This document shows, in pieces, positions 19,414 through 27,429 of a stretch of DNA of 64,000 nucleotides. The DNA lies in contig JADFZZ010000001.1 in assembly GCA_015232315.1 (NCBI GenBank), positions 208,835 to 272,834 of the forward strand, given 5' to 3'. The notes beneath the pieces are model-generated. The model did no database searches, was not told where the DNA came from, and was given only the letters and a program-made list of their open reading frames with translations. A program made the position numbers and the translations under genes. Origin of the DNA: SAR324 cluster bacterium (lineage in GTDB: Bacteria; SAR324; NAC60-12). Numbering within the stretch: the first letter of the stretch is position 1; every line of letters starts with the position of its first letter.

Positions 19414-21231
19414 ATGAGAGTAATAATCAAAAAAATCATTATAGCAGGTATTGCCTTGGGATTCATGACCGCATGCCAACCACCTCAGGAGCAGGAACAG
19501 CTCAATGTCGCAGATGTTCCTCAACAGGATCAGACAATCAACTTTGACAAAGCTCTGACTTCAGAAGATTCCTCACTTCGTTTGGCTGATTCAGTCAAAC
19601 CTGATATTATCTTTGTAGAAGGGTTTAGTAACGGGTTCATGAACACCGATAGTTTTTACACATTAATGTCGCCATTAAACAGTATGCTTGGACTGTTTGG
19701 AACCAGTGTTCAGGGATTATTAAGTTCTGTTTCTGGAATTGACACATCCAGTCAACCGGCTTATGCAAAATGGTACTTTTCAAAGTATGCCACTGCTTTT
19801 GAAGCTCAGGGCAAAGTCAGTAAAGTGGGTTATTTGCATTGGGATACCGGGCACCGAATTCTGAGAAGTGGTCCACAAACAAGTCAAATGGAAGATAACT
19901 ATGATGGTAAGGGTAATCCAGGACTGCATACCCGTATTAAACGTATGATGAATGGTACTTACACCGCAAATGATGTGAAAAATTTTGATGCGTATTGTCC
20001 GGGTGCGACAGAGACTGTTTCAGAGTTTGGATTAAGCAATGTCAAGAAATGTAATAATCCGGCTTATGCATTGTGTACCAATGGCTGTATGTTCATGACA
20101 CACTCTACTGGTGGACTTGTTTTTGACAGATTGATTTATGAAGCCAATCAGGAAAAACTAGTCGCTGGTTCCTACCCTAAATTGGCTGGTGTCTGGGATA
20201 AGACAACAATGGCCGTTGAAGTTTCTTCAGCAACTGGCGGAACAGAGTTTGCCAATACCGTCATTAATCTTGTTGTTGCCGCATGTAATGGTCCAAGTCA
20301 AACGGATAAACTCGTGATGTTTTTGGTACAGGCACTGTTCCCACAATATGAATGTAATCAGGCAGGACTGACTTATAATGAAATGAAGGCTGGTGCTGGT
20401 TCAGACTTAGTACCAACTGTAGCTCGAGCGGCAAATACAGGTTCTCAATCAAGTTTTGGACGAACCCCGATTCTGCATATTGCTGGAAATGGAAACATGA
20501 TGCCTAACGTCGGCATTCTGCGACTTGACTGGATTATCGCCAATAGTTACGGCGGTGCTGGCTATGGTGATGGTTTGGTGCCTTTAGCATCAACATGTGG
20601 AGCCAACTCAGCAACACCTATTAAAAGTTGTCATCCCAAAGTAAGTCCTACAGGATCTGTTGGTAGCTATAGTGCTCCCGCTGGATTGTTCACGAATCAT
20701 CATCCCTTTGTCATGACAGGGGAAGGTCACTTGAGTGAAATGAACGCGATTTTTGAAGCATTGGGCGTAGATGACAGCAACTGGGGAACCTATGTAAATC
20801 CAATCAACTATCTAGAAGTAGCTTTGAAATCAGGAAATCTGGAAGAGCGGATGGAGAAAAGCTTCAGCAATAGTGTCGTAGAGGTTTTGGTTCCTCCACA
20901 AGGTTGGGGTAATCCTGGACAGGTACGTGATCAGTGCGAACTGGATAGCGGATATGCCGGAGCGGATTCTGCATTAGCAACCAACTTGGACAGCGTGAGC
21001 GATTTTGGTGGAATGTCCAACCAAATGGATGGTTTTACATGGAACCGTGGTGCTGATGTCGGTAATTGTGGAGCGTTTGGATGGTGGGATAAGTATCGAT
21101 ATACTTATACCGTTACCAGTATGAGTTTGGAAGGTTCTGGTGACAGAATGTTCCATCTGTTGAGCAAAAAACTGGATACACGAATGCAACGTGGTGATAC
21201 AGGACAACAAAATAACATGATCGTCCAGTAA
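19414..21231 (+). CDS. secreted lipoprotein, lipase/esterase-like alpha/beta hydrolase candidate (paralogue B)
   Basis: GGAGGG RBS; lipobox IALGFMTAC; same FMTHSTGGLV and DGLVPLAS motifs. The upstream leader (tggggatcRtct) is also duplicated. Confidence 0.55.
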   Translation: MRVIIKKIIIAGIALGFMTACQPPQEQEQLNVADVPQQDQTINFDKALTSEDSSLRLADSVKPDIIFVEGFSNGFMNTDSFYTLMSPLNSMLGLFGTSVQGLLSSVSGIDTSSQPAYAKWYFSKYATAFEAQGKVSKVGYLHWDTGHRILRSGPQTSQMEDNYDGKGNPGLHTRIKRMMNGTYTANDVKNFDAYCPGATETVSEFGLSNVKKCNNPAYALCTNGCMFMTHSTGGLVFDRLIYEANQEKLVAGSYPKLAGVWDKTTMAVEVSSATGGTEFANTVINLVVAACNGPSQTDKLVMFLVQALFPQYECNQAGLTYNEMKAGAGSDLVPTVARAANTGSQSSFGRTPILHIAGNGNMMPNVGILRLDWIIANSYGGAGYGDGLVPLASTCGANSATPIKSCHPKVSPTGSVGSYSAPAGLFTNHHPFVMTGEGHLSEMNAIFEALGVDDSNWGTYVNPINYLEVALKSGNLEERMEKSFSNSVVEVLVPPQGWGNPGQVRDQCELDSGYAGADSALATNLDSVSDFGGMSNQMDGFTWNRGADVGNCGAFGWWDKYRYTYTVTSMSLEGSGDRMFHLLSKKLDTRMQRGDTGQQNNMIVQ

Positions 21232-21257
21232 GTTTTCGATCAATTTCTGATTCTACA

Positions 21258-21296
21258 TGATTTTTGAAGCGGCAATTTCCTGAGTTTGGAAGTTGC
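21258..21296 (+). terminator. Rho-independent terminator after lipoprotein B
   Basis: agcggcaa...ttgccgct stem followed by TTTTT. Confidence 0.55.
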
Positions 21297-21484
21297 CGCT
21301 TTTTGTTTATGCACTATTAGGGGTTGGTCACATTTTCGACAGTATGTCAGAAAACAGTCTTTGATTTATCACCTGGTTTGGGTTTTGTTCCGTAGGGGCA
21401 GACCTGTCTGCCCGGATCAGGGCGAACACACAGGTTCGCCCCTACAATTTGTGGCCGAAAATATGATCCACCCCTACGTATATT

Positions 21485-21565
21485 CCATAATCCTGACTTT
21501 ATGAGGATTCATTCTGATTCTGTCTTTCCTCCATGCCCATCCTGATTTTTTCTGGTCTATGTTTT
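21485..21565. repeat. family-3 repeat (aatcctgactttatgaggattcat...catcctgattttttctgg)
   Basis: Second copy at 23962..24048; partial copy at 22745..22775. Confidence 0.55.
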
Positions 21566-21570
21566 CTAAT

Positions 21571-21763
21571 CTGAAAAAAACTCTTGTTAAGGAACATTCG
21601 AAAAATAACTTGGGACCTTTCAAATTCCGGTTGACAGTTTGTCATCTCGACGAAGGAGAGATCCGGTTCGCCACGCTTGAAGATCCCTCGTCGCTCGTAC
21701 CTCGCTCTGTCGGGATGACACAGGCAAACTGTAAAGTACTTTTTGACTGATTTTGAAAGGTGC
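21571..21763. repeat. family-2 composite palindromic repeat (core acagtttgtcatctcgacgaaggagagatc...ctgtcgggatgacacaggcaaactgt)
   Basis: Inverted copy at 48471..48650. Its first 45 bp (ctgaaaaaaactct...aaaaataactt) recur at 22852..22897. Confidence 0.6.
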
Positions 21764-21831
21764 CCGGCATGACACAAAAACACAGTTTCGCGACAGCGAC
21801 TAAATAAGGATGTTGCTGTCAAACAAGTAAC

Positions 21832-22074
21832 TCATTCTCTCTCCCACTCTTCACGCATCTCCAGAATTTTCTCATCAATTTTGTCGAAGTGAGTGACTCC
21901 ATAGAATTTTTCTGGATCAAACTGTTTTGAAACAGTTTGAGATGGTTGGTTTTCTTCAACCGGTAATACTACTAATTCAACCTTTGAATAGTGAAAATCT
22001 TTAGGAATGTTTATAATTCCTCTCAAATTTTCCAAATCAATTATTTCCCTTAATGCAATCATCTTAATCTCCAA
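21832..22074 (-). CDS. orphan antitoxin-like small protein (AbrB/VapB-like beta-barrel?)
   Basis: 80 aa with ...KVELVVLPVEE... pattern typical of small antitoxins. No cognate toxin follows; repeats occupy that position. TTG start at 22074 or ATG at 22062. Confidence 0.3.
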   Translation of the reverse strand: MEIKMIALREIIDLENLRGIINIPKDFHYSKVELVVLPVEENQPSQTVSKQFDPEKFYGVTHFDKIDEKILEMREEWERE

Positions 22075-22099
22075 TTCTCTGGTTTTCCTATATATACAT

Positions 22100-22238
22100 G
22101 CGAATCCGGTGTTATAATTTATTCATTAATATCAGCTTCGTTCAGTGTCATCTCGACTTCAGGAGAGATCTTTCAACGCTCAAGGCCTTAAGATTTCTCC
22201 TATCGTCGAAATGGCACAGACTTAACTCCGGATCCACA
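22100..22238. repeat. family-1 palindromic repeat copy B
   Basis: About 90% identical over about 139 bp to 40..180. Confidence 0.6.
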
Positions 22239-22642
22239 TATATCTGTGTGAAAGTAATACTCTATCCATTATTCACAGCAAACAAGGTAAAACCAATGCA
22301 TGAACAGATTTCTGGTTTCAAATCTCCAAAGCGTTACTCCCAGATTAACGCCGTCAATTTTCTTCAGCCTCTTCCCTGTGAATTTGAATTTTCCAGTGGA
22401 AATCCTGATTGAGAGCTTTGAAATCAGGAAGATTGAAGCGGCTGAATGACTTGCTTTACCGTGTTAATATCGACCAGTCTTCCTTCATTGTATTTGTGGA
22501 TAATGCTGGTAATCAGAAAATTTAGGTTGACCTGCAACAGTCAACAAAATGAAATTACCAGTGTCTGGGTAAAAACCAATTTTAGAAGTAAAAAATTTCA
22601 TAAATTTAGAGGATTAGCTAAATTTGAAGTAAGGCGGAAGTA

Positions 22643-22768
22643 CTCAAAACATGAATGCGCTATTGGCGAAACGGTGACCATGGCCGGCGCTGGCATGGAT
22701 GGAATTTGCAGAAAATTAATCATTCCCTATTTTGTCTTTAACCCCATAAGAGTCCATCACAATCCTGA
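22643..22768. repeat. 126-bp direct repeat, left copy, bracketing the BrnTA cassette
   Basis: Differs at two positions from 23855..23980. Confidence 0.65.
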
Positions 22769-22818
22769 TTTTATGAGCACCTTTCAGAGAAAATTGATTA
22801 AAAGATTGCTTAACATAT

Positions 22819-23145
22819 GGCTAATGATACATATAACCCAAGTTGTGACCGATCTGAAAAAAACTCTCGTTGAGGAACTTTCGAAAAATAACTTCCATAA
22901 CTTTTCAAAAAATCATTTCCTGCCGGGCATGCGTAGAGATGCGCGATTCGCAGGTCTCTACAGACCTGGGCAAGGGCTGTGTGTTAAAAAACTTTGGGCA
23001 GTTATTCTTTTGTCGTTCCTAAGGGCATTTCACCCAGATTTTGTGTCATCCCCAATGAATATGCGGAATCTTGACCACGATTTGAGCAGTGATTTCTCCC
23101 TTTGGTCAATATGGCACCGTAGGTCACAACTTGGGTTACATATAT
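22819..23145. mobile_element. MITE-like non-autonomous element with 17-20-bp terminal inverted repeats
   Basis: Left end acatataacccaagttgtgacc; right end ggtcacaacttgggttacatatat (reverse complement). No ORF inside. Carries the hairpin cgtagagatgcgcgattcgcaggtctctacag. Confidence 0.45.
22918..22972. repeat. GC-rich hairpin repeat (family 6)
   Basis: tgccgggcatgcgtagagatgcgcgattcgcaggtctctacagacctg; second copy at 45139..45190. Confidence 0.5.
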
Positions 23146-23175
23146 AAATATGGTTAATTATCAGGATGATGCAAA

Positions 23176-23457
23176 GTGGAATTTGAATGGGATGAGGATA
23201 ACAATAAAATCAACAAGGAAAAGCATGGCATCTCATTTTACGATGCTCAATATGCTTTTGCAGATCCCAATCGTATAGTTGCAAAAGATCTCAAACATAG
23301 CCAAATTGAGAAACGATTTTATTGTTTTGGAAAGGTAAAAGAAGAAATTGTAACAGTCAGATTCACTTACCGAGATCATAAAATAAGGATTATTGGCGCA
23401 GGATATTGGCGAAAAGGGAGAAGTACTTATGAACAGCAAAATAAAATACGTGGATGA
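23176..23457 (+). CDS. brnT: BrnT-family (DUF497) ribonuclease toxin
   Basis: GTG start; MEFEWDEDNNKINKEKHGISFYDAQYAF...RIIGA matches the BrnT pattern. Confidence 0.75.
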   Translation: MEFEWDEDNNKINKEKHGISFYDAQYAFADPNRIVAKDLKHSQIEKRFYCFGKVKEEIVTVRFTYRDHKIRIIGAGYWRKGRSTYEQQNKIRG

Positions 23458-23674
23458 ACCAATGGAGTTTGAGGTTGTTGAGGATTTTCTGCCACCCCCT
23501 GTCGATCTTGTGTTTAAGGAAGAGACGATAAAAGTGACAATCAACCTCAACAAATCCAGTGTAAAATTCTTCAAAAAAAAAGCACAGGAAGTTGGGATTC
23601 CTTATCAAAAAATGATTCGTAAAATAGTAGATTTATATGCGAATCGATACAGTGATACGGGAAGCTCTCATTAA
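23429..23674 (+). CDS. brnA: BrnA-family antitoxin
   Basis: 81 aa, overlaps brnT by 29 nt; C-terminal KKAQEVGIPYQKMIRKIVDLYA ribbon-helix-helix-like region. Confidence 0.65.
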   Translation: MNSKIKYVDEPMEFEVVEDFLPPPVDLVFKEETIKVTINLNKSSVKFFKKKAQEVGIPYQKMIRKIVDLYANRYSDTGSSH

Positions 23675-23854
23675 AACTTTAGGAGTGATAATGGCAATGT
23701 CGGAGTCAGTTTGATGTGCGGATGTTTAAGGCTATCAACGAAAGCCGATACACTTTGTAAATTCAATGAATTAGAGAACCCCTGCAAGGTCAGACGGGAC
23801 GTACGATTTTGACTAAAATTTTACGACCATCTGTATCGGGTTAACCTGGTAGCC

Positions 23855-23980
23855 CTCAAAACATGAATGCGCTATTGGCGAAACGGTGACCATGGCCGGC
23901 GCTGGAATGGATGGAATTTGCAGAAAATTAATCATTCCCTATTTTGTCTTTAACCCCATAAGTGTCCATCACAATCCTGA
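23855..23980. repeat. 126-bp direct repeat, right copy, bracketing the BrnTA cassette
   Basis: See 22643..22768; continues into a family-3 repeat at 23962..24048. Confidence 0.65.
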
Positions 23981-24101
23981 CTTTATGAGGATTCATCAGA
24001 ATCCTGTCTTTCCTTCATGCCCATCCTGATTTTTTCTGGCCTATTTTTTCAAAGTCGATAGTTCTATAAAAAACATCCACAATCATCTGAATGGAGTCGC
24101 T

Positions 24102-24566
24102 ATGGGATTGAGTGTTGAAGATAAAAAAGAAGTGGAGGACTTTGTCAAAAACGTCATGCAGTTGAACCAACTGGATGTGCAGGACCTTCAACAGCAATGG
24201 CGAAAATTCAAGGAAGCTCCTGAAGCCAGTTTGGCGGCACTTGAAGTTCAGACATCAGAACTTGGCCGGGAAATTCGGGAATTCAAGCAGGATGTATCAA
24301 AACGTTTTGAGCAGGTGGATAAACGTTTTGAGCAGGTGGATAAACGTTTTGAACAGGTGGATAGACGTTTTGAGCAGGTAGATAAACGTTTTGAGCAGGT
24401 GGATAAACGTTTTGAGCAGGTGCGTCAGCAGTTGGATGATGTCAACAAAACCATGATGCGGCTCCATGAAAGCATGAATGCCCAGGTCTGGAAATTTCTT
24501 GGCGGATTAGGGGTCATTCTCATTTTGTTACGACTGTCCGGCGCAATTTTTCCTAATCTGCCATAA
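24102..24566 (+). CDS. C-terminally membrane-anchored coiled-coil protein with six KRFEQVD heptad repeats (DUF1640-like)
   Basis: GGAG RBS; heptad array KRFEQVDKRFEQVD...; C-terminal TM FLGGLGVILILLRLSGAIF. Confidence 0.6.
   Translation: MGLSVEDKKEVEDFVKNVMQLNQLDVQDLQQQWRKFKEAPEASLAALEVQTSELGREIREFKQDVSKRFEQVDKRFEQVDKRFEQVDRRFEQVDKRFEQVDKRFEQVRQQLDDVNKTMMRLHESMNAQVWKFLGGLGVILILLRLSGAIFPNLP
24300..24425 (+). repeat. 6 x 21-bp near-perfect in-frame tandem repeat (aaacgttttgagcaggtggat)
   Basis: Units at 24300, 24321, 24342, 24363, 24384 and 24405, with 0-3 mismatches each. Confidence 0.85.
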
Positions 24567-24652
24567 GATGACTCTGCATTGAAACGCACCTGTGCTAGTG
24601 AAATATTGTCATTCCATTCATTGTAATCACACAAACAGCGAAGATATCAGAC

Positions 24653-27421
24653 ATGGATTCTTTAACAAAATTCAAACGAAAAGGTTTCAGCGCTCAAGCG
24701 GCCACAACAGAAGACAACATTGGTTTTCAGATCAACTTTGATCAGACAGGAGCCTACCTGTCTGTCATCAACTCGCAGGGAAAAGAGGTCGATCCGGATT
24801 ATCGAAGTTACAGCGGAATCACCCGGGACATACTTCGTCTGATAGCGGATATTCAACTGAGGCAGGAATTTCAGATTGATTGGGATTCTGACAATTCACG
24901 AGTCTATCTGGCCTCTCATGAATCCCTGATTATGAAACTGCGTCTTCATCCCAAAGTTCTCACCGATTCCGGACAATTGATCAGTTTTTCAAGCCATGCC
25001 GCCAAATTGCTTATGGCTGTTGAGGAGAATGCCAAAAAAAAGCTCAGTGGAAAATTGCGACTGCTTCTTGGCGAGGGGGAATCTCCTGAGGTACGCTTTT
25101 TGACAGATTCTCTGGTTCTTTCGGGCACCACTGTTTATGAAATTCCATCCGCGGGAGAACGGTTTGCTGATCTTGCGATGTTTGAATCTGCGTTTCAGGC
25201 CAATGAACTGGAAAATTTTCTGTCCCTGTTTTATTCCCACTTTGCAGACATTCCGATTCGTTATCAGGATTACCAGTGTGTAGAAGGTCCCACCCGTCTG
25301 GCTCAGGCCGCTCTCGTGTTTGAGAAAATAGACCATGAACAAAATCTCTATCTGCGAGTCAGTACGACCGTGGAAGGTCTGGATGCCGATTTCTTTGAGG
25401 AGTATGAAATCAATCGGTTGGTGACACTCAATGAAATGGAACGTGTGATTCAAATATGTCCCCTGGTCGAGGAAAGCTCAGTGGATGCCTTGCGCGAAAT
25501 CAACAGTCTGTTGAACAAGCGAAAGCGCCAACTGAAGACAGACAATGCGGATTTTTACCTGGAAGAGAATCTGTTCATCATTCAGAAAACACTGGCTCAG
25601 GAATTTATCTATCTGGATTTGCCCAATCTCATTGGTCGCTACTCACTGCTCGGTTCTGAAAAACTGAAAGATTACAAGGTACGTGCGGTCACGCCTCGTT
25701 TGAGTCTGGCATTGGCACATGGCATTGATTTTCTGGAAGGCGAGGCCACCCTCGAGATTGAAGGGCAGAGCTTTTCCTTGTTTGAGGCCATCAGCCTTTA
25801 TCGAAAAAAATCCTATATTCCGTTGACCGACGGCACCCATGCCCTGATCAACCAGGGGTATATCGAAAAGCTGGAACGTCTGTTTAAAAAACAGCAGGAT
25901 CAGGTCAAAGTTTCATTCTTTGATCTTCCCGCGATTGAAGAATTGATTGATGAAAAAGCGGCTCAGGCAACCTTTCCACAATCCCGTGAAATTTTCAGGG
26001 GATTCAATGAATTGAAGGATCAAAAAATCAAACTGCCAACCGTCAAGGCTACCTTGCGCCCCTATCAGCAACAAGGGTACAAGTGGCTTGAATATTTGCG
26101 AAAAAACAATCTGGGAGGATGTCTTGCGGATGATATGGGTCTGGGAAAAACAATCCAGACTCTGACCATGCTGGCTGGCGTGTATCCCAAAGAAAAAATG
26201 CCCTCCTTGCTGGTAATGCCTAAAAGTCTGCTGTTCAACTGGCAAAAGGAAATCGAAAAATTTACGCCGAATATCACGTGTTATGTGTTTTATGGCAATG
26301 ATCGGGATATGGCCAAAGCCAAAGAGCACAATCTGATTCTCACCACCTATGCCATGCTACGCAATCAAATTGAACAGTTTTGCGAGGAACAGTTTTATTA
26401 TGTAGTTCTCGATGAATCACAGAATATCAAAAACATTCAGTCCCAGATTTCCAAGGCTGTTCTGCTGTTGAAGGCTCAACACCGTCTGGCCCTGAGCGGT
26501 ACTCCTGTTGAAAATAATTTGGGTGAACTGTATTCCCTGTTTCGGTTTCTCAATCCTGCCATGTTCAATTCCGCTGATGAATTCAACCGGTATTACATTG
26601 CTCCGATTCAGCAAAACAATGATAAACAGGCGATTCATGAGCTTAAAACAAAAATTTATCCCTTTATTTTAAGACGTCTCAAAAAAGATGTGCTCAAAGA
26701 ACTTCCGGACAAGATTGAGCAGGTGTTGTATGTGGATATGTCTGACGAACAAAAACGGCTGTATCACCAACGGCGTGTGTTTTATCAGGATTCGCTGAAA
26801 CAACAGATCGCGGTGAACGGAATCAACAAATCACAATTTTTTATCTTCCAGGCACTGACCGAATTGCGTCAGATCGCATCCATTCCTGAAGCCCAAAGTG
26901 ATGGAGCGATTGTCTCCCCCAAACGGGAATTGTTGCTGGAACAAATCATGGAATCCACCGCCAACCGACACAAGGTGCTCGTTTTCGGCAATTTCCTTTC
27001 AATCCTCGAGCATGTCGGCGAAGATCTTCAGCAGGCCGGAATCCAGTATCTGGTCATGACTGGAGCAACCCAGGACAGAGGTGCTCTGGTGGAACGGTTT
27101 CAGAATGATCCCGACTGCCAGGTTTTTCTCATGACTCTCAAAACCGGCGGTTTGGGGTTGAATCTCACGAAAGCGGATACCATCTTCATTTTTGATCCCT
27201 GGTGGAATCTGGCCGCTGAAAATCAGGCCATAGACCGCAGTCATCGCATTGGACAGGATAAAACAGTGTTCAGCTACAAACTCATCACCCGTGGTTCCAT
27301 CGAAGAAAAAATCCTTCAACTTCAGGAAAAGAAACGGGAACTGTTTGAAAACATCATTTCCAGTGACAGTGCGTCTATTAAATCATTGAATGAAGAAGAT
27401 ATTAATTTCATTCTCAGTTAA
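24653..27421 (+). CDS. SNF2-family (Swi2/Snf2) ATPase with an N-terminal domain of about 450 aa of unassigned function
   Basis: LRPYQQQGYKWL, DDMGLGKT (Walker A), VVLDESQNIKN (DExx), LALSGTPVENNLGELYSLFRFL, and helicase-C motifs towards the C-terminus. Confidence 0.85.
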   Translation: MDSLTKFKRKGFSAQAATTEDNIGFQINFDQTGAYLSVINSQGKEVDPDYRSYSGITRDILRLIADIQLRQEFQIDWDSDNSRVYLASHESLIMKLRLHPKVLTDSGQLISFSSHAAKLLMAVEENAKKKLSGKLRLLLGEGESPEVRFLTDSLVLSGTTVYEIPSAGERFADLAMFESAFQANELENFLSLFYSHFADIPIRYQDYQCVEGPTRLAQAALVFEKIDHEQNLYLRVSTTVEGLDADFFEEYEINRLVTLNEMERVIQICPLVEESSVDALREINSLLNKRKRQLKTDNADFYLEENLFIIQKTLAQEFIYLDLPNLIGRYSLLGSEKLKDYKVRAVTPRLSLALAHGIDFLEGEATLEIEGQSFSLFEAISLYRKKSYIPLTDGTHALINQGYIEKLERLFKKQQDQVKVSFFDLPAIEELIDEKAAQATFPQSREIFRGFNELKDQKIKLPTVKATLRPYQQQGYKWLEYLRKNNLGGCLADDMGLGKTIQTLTMLAGVYPKEKMPSLLVMPKSLLFNWQKEIEKFTPNITCYVFYGNDRDMAKAKEHNLILTTYAMLRNQIEQFCEEQFYYVVLDESQNIKNIQSQISKAVLLLKAQHRLALSGTPVENNLGELYSLFRFLNPAMFNSADEFNRYYIAPIQQNNDKQAIHELKTKIYPFILRRLKKDVLKELPDKIEQVLYVDMSDEQKRLYHQRRVFYQDSLKQQIAVNGINKSQFFIFQALTELRQIASIPEAQSDGAIVSPKRELLLEQIMESTANRHKVLVFGNFLSILEHVGEDLQQAGIQYLVMTGATQDRGALVERFQNDPDCQVFLMTLKTGGLGLNLTKADTIFIFDPWWNLAAENQAIDRSHRIGQDKTVFSYKLITRGSIEEKILQLQEKKRELFENIISSDSASIKSLNEEDINFILS

Positions 27422-27429
27422 GGAATCTT

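Noticed and set aside
21380-21450. Possible tRNA in the intergenic region
   Set aside because: Only about 55 nt with two short internal hairpins; no D-, anticodon- and T-arm geometry or conserved tRNA bases.
21286-23147. ORFs of 72-233 aa within the repeat mosaic (for example 22446..23147, 233 aa)
   Set aside because: They are read across dispersed repeat copies and a MITE-like unit, lack RBSs and have no protein-like composition. They are repeats, not genes.
24300-24425. Six regularly spaced 21-bp repeats that could look like a CRISPR array
   Set aside because: The units are contiguous with no spacers, lie in-frame inside a coding sequence and encode coiled-coil heptads; no cas genes are nearby.
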